The position numbers were made by a program, and so were the translations under genes. The notes under the pieces were generated by a model that was not told the DNA's origin, did not search any database, and saw only the letters and a program-made list of their open reading frames with translations. 50,766 bases of DNA, taken from IMG/VR virus record IMGVR_UViG_3300032001_000008; one strand, 5' to 3'. How positions within the stretch are numbered: position 1 is the first letter of the stretch; each line of letters begins with the position of its first letter. This DNA comes from a virus. Below, one piece after another: positions 15,015 through 23,381 of the stretch.

Positions 15015-15052
15015 GATCGTGTATGGTATCACGATCGGCGGCAAGCTTGCAA
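15015..15052 (-). promoter_or_regulatory. Candidate promoter TTGCAA-18-TACCAT with a palindromic operator (GATCGTG-n8-CACGATC) over the -10
   Basis: Minus strand: TTGCAA 15052..15047, TACCAT 15028..15023. Palindrome 15015..15036. About 25 nt upstream of ATG 14999. Confidence 0.4.
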
Positions 15053-15084
15053 CACAGCATTTGAATGACTTGTGCTCAGCACCG

Positions 15085-15117
15085 TAGCAACCAACAACCA
15101 ACAACAACAACATGGGG
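15085..15117. repeat. Left arm of 33-nt inverted repeat (CAA-rich, ends ACAACAACAACATGGGG)
   Basis: 29 of 33 positions are complementary to 15322..15354, including a perfect 17-nt core. Confidence 0.85.
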
Positions 15118-15130
15118 TGGCCTTTTCCCG

Positions 15131-15308
15131 TGCCCATGAAATGCGGTCTCAGGTCCGAGTCTCCGGACCTGCGGGCCTCTGGTCTTTTAGATAAAAAAAT
15201 ATATGAGAAAGAAACTAGGAGTTTCATGGGCACATAATTAACCTTAGCGCCTCCCAGGAGCATATAATCTGGAGCGGCTGAGGGGATTTACTGAGAGTTT
15301 CATGGGCA
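15131..15308. promoter_or_regulatory. Three copies of the 11-mer TTTCATGGGCA (15131..15141 inverted; 15222..15232 and 15298..15308 direct) plus GGAGCATATAAT at 15257..15268
   Basis: Exact 11-mer matches read from the sequence. The two outer copies sit 13-15 nt inside the IR arms. The 12-mer with a perfect TATAAT recurs on the opposite strand at 16461..16472. Confidence 0.6.
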
Positions 15309-15321
15309 TCCTTGCCGGGGC

Positions 15322-15354
15322 CCCCATGTTGTTGTTGTGTATTGTTGTTTGCTA
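15322..15354. repeat. Right arm of 33-nt inverted repeat
   Basis: See left arm. Confidence 0.85.
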
Positions 15355-15427
15355 GGTCGCTGCGCCTCGCCCGCACCTGAAGAGCTGGTCAGACGAGCCG
15401 GCTCAGGAACCTGGCTCGAACTGAGGC

Positions 15428-15455
15428 TAAAAAAAGAGGCCCCCGAAGGGGCCTC
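15428..15455 (-). terminator. Rho-independent terminator with UUCG tetraloop
   Basis: Minus strand GAGGCCCC-TTCG-GGGGCCTC followed by TTTTTTT, 20 nt after the stop at 15475. Confidence 0.85.
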
Positions 15456-15474
15456 CAATTCGCAGGGCGCGGGC

Positions 15475-16077
15475 TCAGCCGCGCGGGAACTTCGCCATCA
15501 GCCCGGCTTTGAGATCCGCTGCCGATTTGCCGCCCCGGGCCGCTGCTGCCGCCGCATTCTCCGCCACAATCGCGTCAATCACCGGCTTGACATCCGGGTC
15601 CACGCGCAGGGTGTTGCGGTCATCAGCCGACATATCCCGTACGTACTCCTCCGTATCCTCGGCCGTGCCGCCGTAGATGCGCTGCAGAGCCCGGATCAAG
15701 ATGAGGGTATCGGCTGAGAGGCTCGTCCGGCCCGCTGCGGGCAAGTCCCACGACTCAGTGCCCGATCGGTAGTGGTCGGCTACGGCTTTGCACGCCGCCC
15801 ACTTATCGGCAACGGGAGCGGTTTTCCCGTCCTTCATCGGGAACGCCGCTTTGTCGATCAGCCGATTGGCGAGCGCCTTTTGCATCGCCGCGAGCCGCAC
15901 CTTTTCGGACAGCGTGTCGAATCGCAGCTCGATGGGATCAAGAACGCGAACCGTCTCGGCCACGGGATCCGAATCCGGCTTGCGGATCAATTTCACCTCC
16001 CGGAACCATACCGTAATGGCGGAGTCGGTAACATCAATGGCCGTGACAGAATTGCCACGGAATTTCGGTGTCATCAT
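15475..16077 (-). CDS. Early protein, paralog B of 9168..9848 (unknown function)
   Basis: 200-aa ORF with SD GGAG. See paralog A for the shared motifs. Confidence 0.8.
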   Translation of the reverse strand: MMTPKFRGNSVTAIDVTDSAITVWFREVKLIRKPDSDPVAETVRVLDPIELRFDTLSEKVRLAAMQKALANRLIDKAAFPMKDGKTAPVADKWAACKAVADHYRSGTESWDLPAAGRTSLSADTLILIRALQRIYGGTAEDTEEYVRDMSADDRNTLRVDPDVKPVIDAIVAENAAAAAARGGKSAADLKAGLMAKFPRG

Positions 16078-16460
16078 GCGAGTCTCCTACGCCCACCATG
16101 GGCGGACCCCGAGTAGACCACAAACGGCGGCAACCGCGCAAGCGATTTCGCCAAATCAATTGTAAGCAATTGTAAACGTCCGGCTGGGCATTGTGCAATG
16201 CAACACCGGCGGCTGCCGTTGCGCTGGCAACCATTGCCGTGGCCATGATTGCTTGGGCAACGGTATGGTGCAGCGCAGCGCCGTCGATCGGCAACACTAC
16301 GTCAGCCGGCTGACACCACGTCAATGGCTGGGCGGCCGGCGAGCGGTTGAGCGGCTGTCGGGGGCCCCTGAAATGTTGCGCTGCAACAGCCGGGAGGGGG
16401 GAAAAATTCCCCTGCGCCCGCGCGCGCGCTGAATGCCTTTCTGCGAACTCGCGAACCTGC

Positions 16461-16472
16461 ATTATATGCTCC
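16461..16472 (-). promoter_or_regulatory. Candidate leftward early promoter -10 (GGAGCATATAAT)
   Basis: Perfect TATAAT on the minus strand (16466..16461). The same 12-mer occurs at 15257..15268 on the plus strand. The -35 is poor. Confidence 0.4.
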
Positions 16473-16545
16473 TATTATGGGAGGCATAATCCGATCACAT
16501 AATCCCGGAGGATCGGGATAGCTGGCAAGGATTTCGAGTTCTGGG

Positions 16546-16574
16546 TTGACACTCGCCGCCGACCGTGGTACATT
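16546..16574 (+). promoter_or_regulatory. Sigma70-like rightward promoter TTGACA-17-TACATT
   Basis: TTGACA 16546..16551, 17-nt spacer, TACATT 16569..16574, at the head of the plus-strand arm. Confidence 0.6.
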
Positions 16575-16618
16575 CGCCAGCGGACTGGGCAGAAACCAAC
16601 CAACAAGGACTGAGATGC

Positions 16619-16828
16619 GTGCCTAGCTTGGAAGACCGGGTCGCGGCGCTTGAGAGGGTGCTGGCCCGGCAGATCTATGGAGGGACGGATGAGGAGGCGC
16701 TGGCGGCGTGGCAGGCCAATTGCCACCCGGCGATCAGCAACTCTCCTCCCATCCCCTCTCCAGAGGAAGAGCCAGAGCCTGAAGCCAAGCCCCACAGGGC
16801 TACCCTCCACGCACATAAGAAGCGATAG
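16619..16828 (+). CDS. Small hypothetical protein (~69 aa)
   Basis: The track start GTG 16565 lies upstream of the predicted transcription start. In-frame GTG 16619 has AAGGA 9 nt upstream. PSLEDRVAALERVLARQIYGG... Confidence 0.4.
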   Translation: MPSLEDRVAALERVLARQIYGGTDEEALAAWQANCHPAISNSPPIPSPEEEPEPEAKPHRATLHAHKKR

Positions 16829-16854
16829 AAGATGAGGGAAGGGGGCAGGCGGCG

Positions 16855-17556
16855 GTGAATCCACTGCTGCAGGCACTGGTGGATGCAAAGCCGGGGGAGA
16901 GAGTGCCCCCGCCGCCCTCCTATTCTCCCCTCGCCCCCAGGCCGCAGCCCATTCAGAAGCTGCGGTATTCCCACGAGGCGATGATAGATATCATCATCGG
17001 TGATCCCTGGATCAGTCAGAACGAGCTGGCCGATCGGTTTGGGATGAGCGCCAGCTGGATCAGCACGATCATCTGCTCAGACATCTTCCAGTCCCGCCTC
17101 GCCCAGAGACGAGATGAGCTGGTAGATCCAGAGCTGCGCAGCAATCTGAAGACGCAGTTTGAGGGCCTCCTGAGCCGCTCTATGGAGATCCTCCGTCATA
17201 AACTCGACCAGCACCCGGATAAGGTTCCAGACCAACTTGCCGTTCAGGTCGCTAAGATATCCGGGCAGTCGCTAGGGATGGGCGTGAGGGAAGCGCGCAC
17301 TTCGGTTCAGGAGACCCATATTCATCTAGAAGAGCTTGGTAACAATCTAGTCAGCCTGCTGAGAAGGCGTAGGTCGGAGGTTGTAGATGGTCAAGTATAC
17401 GAAGGGCAATCAGAAACTGGACTGCCACCAGGTTCCAATGGGAGCCAGCCGGCCGCCCTCTCCGGCGCTGGCGAATCGGAGCAAGGACAATTGCCTGCCT
17501 CCCACGGGGAACTTCAGCCCGCAGGGCGCACGGAAGTACCCTCGGCCGGTTCCTGA
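16855..17556 (+). CDS. HTH-containing protein (possible small terminase subunit or late regulator)
   Basis: 233 aa. ISQNELADRFGMSASWISTIICSDIF is HTH-like. First sizeable gene of the late arm. No other TerS candidate found. Confidence 0.7.
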   Translation: MNPLLQALVDAKPGERVPPPPSYSPLAPRPQPIQKLRYSHEAMIDIIIGDPWISQNELADRFGMSASWISTIICSDIFQSRLAQRRDELVDPELRSNLKTQFEGLLSRSMEILRHKLDQHPDKVPDQLAVQVAKISGQSLGMGVREARTSVQETHIHLEELGNNLVSLLRRRRSEVVDGQVYEGQSETGLPPGSNGSQPAALSGAGESEQGQLPASHGELQPAGRTEVPSAGS

Positions 17557-17625
17557 AGTGGCCCAGAGGCCACCTACGGAAGGGGACCCGATTCGGCAGC
17601 ATAAGAAGTTCGCCAGGAGCTAGCG

Positions 17626-18216
17626 ATGAGAAGCCCGATCTATAGTCAGCCACTGGCGGTGGTGGGGACGGCGAAGTGGGATGCCCAGGGCAGCCTGATC
17701 CTTCCCCTGGATTACATCCAGCTCGCCTTTGGAGTGACCTGCGGGGGCATCCTCTCTCAGGATGCGAGCGCTATCACCTATTCGTATCTGTTCACCCTGG
17801 ATGACTGCGGGCCAGATAATGCCTATTCGTGCTCAGTGAGTCAGAGCACCACCAACGTGACGGTGACGGATGCGAACCTGCAGACGAACGGCGCCGTCGC
17901 TGTAGGAGATATAGCGAGGATCTGGGGGACAGGCAACTCGACGGTGGATGGGTGGTATACGATAGCTACCGCCGGCACCACCACCACCTTCGTCTCGACC
18001 TCCGCCACCAGCCAGACCGTGGCGGCGACGCCGGGCTATTATGCGAGATGGAGGCTGTTCGCTGCGCCGGCTGGGATAACCGCCGCCACTACCCGGGCTA
18101 GCGCCGCCCTCGCCCACTCCACCACCGGCCCTGCTACAGGTCTCGCCCTCAAGGCGACGGCTCGGACTGCCGGCAGCCTGGTCGGCGTGGTAGTGCAGGG
18201 CGCAGGCCCAGGCTAG
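17626..18216 (+). CDS. Hypothetical virion-module protein (T/A/S-rich)
   Basis: 196-aa ORF with AGGAG SD. Confidence 0.75.
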   Translation: MRSPIYSQPLAVVGTAKWDAQGSLILPLDYIQLAFGVTCGGILSQDASAITYSYLFTLDDCGPDNAYSCSVSQSTTNVTVTDANLQTNGAVAVGDIARIWGTGNSTVDGWYTIATAGTTTTFVSTSATSQTVAATPGYYARWRLFAAPAGITAATTRASAALAHSTTGPATGLALKATARTAGSLVGVVVQGAGPG

Positions 18217-18218
18217 CG

Positions 18219-18359
18219 ATGCCCAAGGCCTTCACCAGCTGTGTGAAGAGCGGAGGGAGGGTCCGGACAAAGACTCTCCCCGGCGGTAAGTACCTGCACA
18301 TCTGCTTCAAGGGCGGCAAGTCGCACGCCGGACATGTGAAGAGGAGGAAAGGGAAATGA
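18219..18359 (+). CDS. 46-aa basic protein
   Basis: MPKAFTSCVKSGGRVRTKTLPGGKYLHICFKGGKSHAGHVKRRKGK. Its stop overlaps the next ATG. Confidence 0.5.
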   Translation: MPKAFTSCVKSGGRVRTKTLPGGKYLHICFKGGKSHAGHVKRRKGK

Positions 18360-18493
18360 CCGACTATTCGCTTCCCTGCCAGCACGGAGCCTTCTTCCCC
18401 AAGACGGAGAAGCCGCCCGAGCCTATCAAAGAACCCGACCAACCGCCTGATCGCCAGGATCCAGAACCCGTAGAGGAGACCACCCGTGGCTAG
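18356..18493 (+). CDS. 45-aa Pro/Glu-rich protein
   Basis: MTDYSLPCQHGAFFPKTEKPPEPIKEPDQPPDRQDPEPVEETTRG. ATGA-coupled. Confidence 0.4.
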   Translation: MTDYSLPCQHGAFFPKTEKPPEPIKEPDQPPDRQDPEPVEETTRG

Positions 18494-18920
18494 CTTTAAT
18501 AAATTTAATCAGTTCTGCGAATATGTGTTCGAGGCAGGAGTGAACCTGCAATCGGACAGCACCAAGGTGATGCTCACCAACACAGCGCCGGTCGCCACCA
18601 ATTCCCTCTATGGGGATATCAGTGGGACGGAGCTAGGCACGGGCGCAGGGTATGCAACGGGCGGCGCGACTGTTACCCTCACCTCCAGCAGCCAGACCGG
18701 CGGCCTCTACAAATATATAGCGAGTTGCGCCTCACCCACTTGGACGGCCTCAGGCAGCATGGGCCCATTCCGCTATGTGGTGATGTACGACAACACCGCT
18801 ACCACTCCCCTCAAGCCGCTGATCGGCTGGTGGGATTATGGCAGCTCGATCACCCTGTCGAGCGGAGATACCTTCACGGTGCAGCTGGATGCGGTTAACG
18901 GTGTGCTGCAGATGTCATGA
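18486..18920 (+). CDS. Hypothetical tail-module protein
   Basis: 144-aa ORF (GTG start), ATGA-coupled to the giant gene. Confidence 0.75.
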   Translation: MASFNKFNQFCEYVFEAGVNLQSDSTKVMLTNTAPVATNSLYGDISGTELGTGAGYATGGATVTLTSSSQTGGLYKYIASCASPTWTASGSMGPFRYVVMYDNTATTPLKPLIGWWDYGSSITLSSGDTFTVQLDAVNGVLQMS

Positions 18921-21900
18921 CCGACAACGCTATCAACATAGGGTTTAGCAACAAGCCCTATACGCTGAGGGCGCGGGCGGGGAAGTATTTCCTTGCCGGC
19001 GGCCAGCAACGGTATAAGCTCGCCGGCGGCGGTCCTGTTCACAACACCTACACCCTAGCGGCGGCAAGGGGCGGGTTTGGGCTGGCAGGGATAGCCCAGC
19101 TATTCCAGAACACCCCTGCGGGAGGGGGAGCCCCCGGCAAGCCAGGACGGATGTGGCAGGGCTCCACCAATGCCTCCAGCATCCTGTTCGGCTGGTGGGG
19201 GCCGCCGGAGCAGATCTCCTATTACAACGTCCCCTGTAATTGGACCACGCCGTCGGTCGCAGGGCCGAACGGCGCCCCCGATCACTACAAGGTATACCGG
19301 GACGGCGTTCTGATATTCGGCAACCTCTCCCTCTACGACAAGGTCAACAACCCCCAGGCCGGCGTCCGCGATTTCCGCTTCGACGACACCACCCACGGCT
19401 GGTACGGCACCCAGCCTCCTCTCCCCTTCTTCTGCGACAACACTGTCTCCCCCAACACCACCTACAGCTATCAGGTGTCGGGCGTCAGCACGGCGGGGAT
19501 TGAGGGGCCACTGAGCGATCCACTGGTGGCGACCTCGCTGGATCTCTCCGCAGGGAACGGAGGGAGCGGGCCGACCCTGCCGGCGCTGGTTGTCAGCCCA
19601 GACACTTGGATTCAGCCCGATGTCCTCCCGAGCGGGCTAGTGTGGACCTGTACGAATACTACCGCGGGATCAGTAGCGGGAGTGGATAATCCTCCTGGGA
19701 ATGGGAAGAAGAATAGCGGATGTAGCGTGGCGTACGCGCTGGCGAACTGTGCCCTGGCGGGGGGAGATATCTTGGTGCTGACCGCCGGCGCCACCTATAC
19801 GATGAGCACCAGCGGATGGAGCGTCCGCGCTCACACCGGCGCTTCGGGCTGGACCTATGTGATCTCCAGCGAGCATCCACTTTATAAGCCCGGCGGCGCC
19901 CTCCTCCCATCCACCTACGATCCCACCCCGGTGCGAATGCAGCCCTATACTGCCACCGGCTCGATCGCCAGCGGCACAGGCCAGGTGACAGCAACCCTTA
20001 CCCTCCCTTGGACGAAAAAGACCGGCCACTATTGGGTGGTGTTCTCGAACGGCGAGGAGAGGCTGGTCCTCTTCACAAATGGCTCCACCACGATAGATTG
20101 GAGTCAGTATAATATCGTCTACGACCCGAACAACTTCATGTTGAAGCAGTCGACCAACGCGCTGCTGACGAGTGCGACCTCGAGTCTTCGCGTCATCTAC
20201 GTGAACAGCGTGACGCCGGCCGACTCCTCCTCCATGCCGACGATCAACATGCCTCAGTCGGGCGGCGGCTTCGGTTTCTCTTCCAGCTGCACTAAGGTGC
20301 GATTCATCGGCCTGAACTTTGTCCCCGACCCAGCGCTCGCCAAGTACACCTCGAACGGATCAGGGTTCCTGATAACTACCGCCATCTTCAGCTTCCCCCA
20401 CACCATCGTCCCACAGGGCACACCCGTTCCCACTCCTGTCTATCCTCCTCCGGATGTCCCTCTCACCAACAACATAGTGGTGGACAGGTGCCTGATGGGC
20501 CAGCCGTCGAACATTGACTCGATGGTCTGGAGGTGGACGCGGGCGTACTCGGCGGCGGGAGGGGATTATTTCCTGGCGACGCAGTGCTGGCAGTGGGGAT
20601 TCAGCAATGGTGCGGGCGCGGACGCGAATGTCTATAATGCGGCTGCCGGCGGTCCCAGTTGCTTCCAGAACTGCTATTTCGAGTCGGAGACAGAGAGCTG
20701 GCTATCGGGAGGTCTCTATACAGCAGAGAACCAGTTGGTTCATGATGTGACGTTCCGCTACAATTATTCGCACAAGCAGCTGATGTGGCGGCGCTACTAC
20801 GTCCCCAGCCAGTATCAGAGCCCCGGCGCAGCGACGGGCGGGGGACTTGCGATCTCCGCGATAACTGCCGCCAACCCCATCAAGATCACCACCAGTGTGG
20901 CGCAGAACTTCCAGAACAACAGCGATCTGAATCCGGTCCGGATCGCCGGCTTCACCACCGGCAGCTGGACCCAGCTGAACGGGAAGTCTTTCCAGATCAC
21001 TGTCATCGACAATCAGAACTTTACCATCCCCGTCAACGGGACAGGATTCACCGGCGCCATAACGGGAGGGACGGCGCAGCAGTTCCGCCGGTGCTTCAAC
21101 TTCATCAAGAATCATTTCGAGCTGAAGGAAGGCGTGCGAGTGGAGGTTTATGGAGGGCTGCATCACTTCTGCTGGCAGGACGGCATCCAGGGCTATCGGG
21201 CGTCGGAGACTTCCTTCGGTCCGCTGGCGGGCCATGGGGGAGGTTCGGGGGCATTCGCTACTCCCTCGATCTTCACCTCCAGCAACCCTTGGATGAAGAT
21301 CGTCGATCTCTTCGTCCATGATAACTGCTTGTTCAACTGTGGAACCGGCATGTATGCTTTCAGTCAGTCGAGCGACCCTGGCTGCTACACCGCCAGGTTG
21401 CTATACCAGAATAACCTCATCTACGCCGACACCTGGTTCAACCAGACAAATCTCTCCGGCGTAGCTCCCCAGGGCTGCATCGCGGATCTGACCTTCGACC
21501 GTTGCACCTTCATTATCAACAGCAACACAACCTGGTCGGGGAAGGGACCGAACATAGGGATTTATCTGTTGAGTGGAGGGAGCGGGACGGACACTGTAAT
21601 TAATAGTCAGAGCTACCAGAAGGGCTTCCCGCCGAACTTCCATGATAGGCTGACGATCACCAACTGTATTATTGATTGTCCGAAGGCGGTGGATGTCCTA
21701 GCGCCGGTGCCGGCGTTCCCATCGAACGCTGCCTGGGCTAACCTGACCTGGAGTTCTAACCTAACCATCCTCGACCCAGGCACTACCTATCCAGCCACCA
21801 CCTACAAGCAGGTCCCATATGGGACCATCGGGTTTAAGAACTGGATAGACAACACCATGCCGCCGCTCTCCCCGCAGGACTGGAATGTCGTCGGCGGGAC

Positions 21901-23371
21901 CGGCTGCAACGGAGCAAGCTGCGCCGTCGCCTCGACCTCCGGCGGACCGATCGGCGCCAGCACCGCTTCGGTGATGCTCAACCAAGATCCTTTCCCACGC
22001 ACCTATTGGCACTGCATCGACCCCGGCTCGGGCTCAGGTACTAACTACGCCTACGCCAACCCGACCTTCAGATCGAACGCCGCGAAATTCAACATCGTCA
22101 ACTTCAATGCTTACATGGGCATCGAACAGACGATGGGCAACACCAGCTTCGCTACGATCGGGCAGGATATCAAGAATAAAGGGATGCAGAACGGACTCTA
22201 CGTCCGCACCCTGATGTACGTGATGTCGAGTGAGCAGTCAACGGTAGGGGGCGGAGGGAATGCCTCTACCTACACAGTCTGGTCAAGTACGATCAACTCG
22301 GCGAACTGGTGGCTGCGCACCAGCTATCCCTCTGGGAGCATTGTGATCGGCCCAGATGCGAACAGCGGAGTATTCTCCACTGCGTCCTCAGCGAACATTC
22401 CCACCTCCGGGGGGAAGACCTGGTCGCGGGCATTCTGGGATCATTATGATGGGGTGATTCGGCTGGGGAATGCCGTCTCCCAGGGCTATAGTTCGGGAGT
22501 GGCGATTGCCGCCAACCAGTTCCTTGACGGCTATCACATGGACAATACTTTCTGCCTGACGAGGCAGACCGGAGCCTGGGATTGGAACACCACCAGCTAC
22601 GCCGCCGGCAATGCGACCGCCGCCGCCTGGCTTCAGCAAGGCCAGGCCATTCAGGTGGCGGATATCAAGAAGGTCTTCCCTGGCCTGGTGATAATGGGCA
22701 ACACCGATTACTACGTCCACTCCACCAACGTTTTCAGCACCTTGGTGACCTTAGATCCGACCCAGAAGGGCCTGTGGGACCTGATCTTCCACGAGCAAGC
22801 GATCGGCGCGCCGACTTCCCTCGAAGGCCAGGGCGGCACGACCACCGCGCAGTTCATCCAGAATCTCATCAATGCCGAGGTGCAGATTGCGCCTGGCGGC
22901 GCGGCGGTGCTGGAGCAGAGAGGGCGAGCTCGAGGGACAGCGTTTACGAGCACCAATCAAGGGAGCTGGACGTCGGCGGACTGGCAGGCGGCGAGATTCG
23001 GGCTGGCGATCGCCTGCCTGAGGGATCAGTTCTTCTGTCTGAACGCCGCCGACTCAGGCACCACCAATGCCTACTTCATGGATGAAGTGCTGCAGCAGAA
23101 CGGCCGATATGGCTGGCTGGGACGACCTACCGACCCGCCGCAGTCTGCGGCTGTGGTGAAGGGCTGTTGGGTGCGCAACTTCACCGGCGGCGTGGTGATT
23201 ATGAATCCAGCTGGAACTGGAGTGCAGACGATCAATCTGAGCGCCGACTTGGGGCTGAGTGGCCTGTCCGCCTGCGCTTCGAACGGATTCGGCGACACTG
23301 GCATCAACACCGGCAACCCTGTCTCGAGCGTCACACTCCAGGCGAGGGACGGGCGCTTTCTCAAGTATTAG
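18917..23371 (+). CDS. Giant tail/host-recognition protein: FN3-like domain, beta-helix-like middle, C-terminal glycoside-hydrolase-like (GH114/GHL-type) region
   Basis: 1484 aa. FN3-like HYKVYRDGVL..TTYSYQVSGVSTAGIEGPLS. Repetitive N/G/T-rich middle with NCxF and NNxI turns. C-terminal FLDGYHMDN and TIM-barrel-like pattern. Confidence 0.9.
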   Translation: MTDNAINIGFSNKPYTLRARAGKYFLAGGQQRYKLAGGGPVHNTYTLAAARGGFGLAGIAQLFQNTPAGGGAPGKPGRMWQGSTNASSILFGWWGPPEQISYYNVPCNWTTPSVAGPNGAPDHYKVYRDGVLIFGNLSLYDKVNNPQAGVRDFRFDDTTHGWYGTQPPLPFFCDNTVSPNTTYSYQVSGVSTAGIEGPLSDPLVATSLDLSAGNGGSGPTLPALVVSPDTWIQPDVLPSGLVWTCTNTTAGSVAGVDNPPGNGKKNSGCSVAYALANCALAGGDILVLTAGATYTMSTSGWSVRAHTGASGWTYVISSEHPLYKPGGALLPSTYDPTPVRMQPYTATGSIASGTGQVTATLTLPWTKKTGHYWVVFSNGEERLVLFTNGSTTIDWSQYNIVYDPNNFMLKQSTNALLTSATSSLRVIYVNSVTPADSSSMPTINMPQSGGGFGFSSSCTKVRFIGLNFVPDPALAKYTSNGSGFLITTAIFSFPHTIVPQGTPVPTPVYPPPDVPLTNNIVVDRCLMGQPSNIDSMVWRWTRAYSAAGGDYFLATQCWQWGFSNGAGADANVYNAAAGGPSCFQNCYFESETESWLSGGLYTAENQLVHDVTFRYNYSHKQLMWRRYYVPSQYQSPGAATGGGLAISAITAANPIKITTSVAQNFQNNSDLNPVRIAGFTTGSWTQLNGKSFQITVIDNQNFTIPVNGTGFTGAITGGTAQQFRRCFNFIKNHFELKEGVRVEVYGGLHHFCWQDGIQGYRASETSFGPLAGHGGGSGAFATPSIFTSSNPWMKIVDLFVHDNCLFNCGTGMYAFSQSSDPGCYTARLLYQNNLIYADTWFNQTNLSGVAPQGCIADLTFDRCTFIINSNTTWSGKGPNIGIYLLSGGSGTDTVINSQSYQKGFPPNFHDRLTITNCIIDCPKAVDVLAPVPAFPSNAAWANLTWSSNLTILDPGTTYPATTYKQVPYGTIGFKNWIDNTMPPLSPQDWNVVGGTGCNGASCAVASTSGGPIGASTASVMLNQDPFPRTYWHCIDPGSGSGTNYAYANPTFRSNAAKFNIVNFNAYMGIEQTMGNTSFATIGQDIKNKGMQNGLYVRTLMYVMSSEQSTVGGGGNASTYTVWSSTINSANWWLRTSYPSGSIVIGPDANSGVFSTASSANIPTSGGKTWSRAFWDHYDGVIRLGNAVSQGYSSGVAIAANQFLDGYHMDNTFCLTRQTGAWDWNTTSYAAGNATAAAWLQQGQAIQVADIKKVFPGLVIMGNTDYYVHSTNVFSTLVTLDPTQKGLWDLIFHEQAIGAPTSLEGQGGTTTAQFIQNLINAEVQIAPGGAAVLEQRGRARGTAFTSTNQGSWTSADWQAARFGLAIACLRDQFFCLNAADSGTTNAYFMDEVLQQNGRYGWLGRPTDPPQSAAVVKGCWVRNFTGGVVIMNPAGTGVQTINLSADLGLSGLSACASNGFGDTGINTGNPVSSVTLQARDGRFLKY

Positions 23372-23381
23372 GAGCTATGCG

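Noticed and set aside
14999-15263. N-terminal extension of the HTH ORF (track ORF 14562..15263), including MLLLLVVGC encoded by the IR arm
   Set aside because: The extension runs through the inverted repeat, hairpins and promoter-like elements. ATG 14999 has a GGAGG SD. The lipobox-like VVGC is a by-product of the TTG repeats, and the other arm gives a mirror-image MLLLCIVVC on the opposite strand.
15085-15354. Gin/Hin-type invertible segment
   Set aside because: Kept only as one hypothesis in the findings. I reject it as a call because no serine or tyrosine recombinase gene is recognisable and only one orientation is visible in this assembly.
16100-16460. tRNA or tmRNA gene in the structured non-coding region
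   Set aside because: I could not find a GTTCGAATC-type T-loop, an acceptor-stem pairing or a cloverleaf arrangement by eye. The repeats are GCAAC-type iterons and palindromes instead. A tRNAscan run would settle it.
16034-16462. 142-aa minus-strand ORF covering the divergent control region
   Set aside because: Its ATG lies inside the TATAAT -10 element and it overlaps the start of the 15475..16077 gene out of frame. The composition is A/R/P/G-rich. I treat the region as non-coding (leader or origin).
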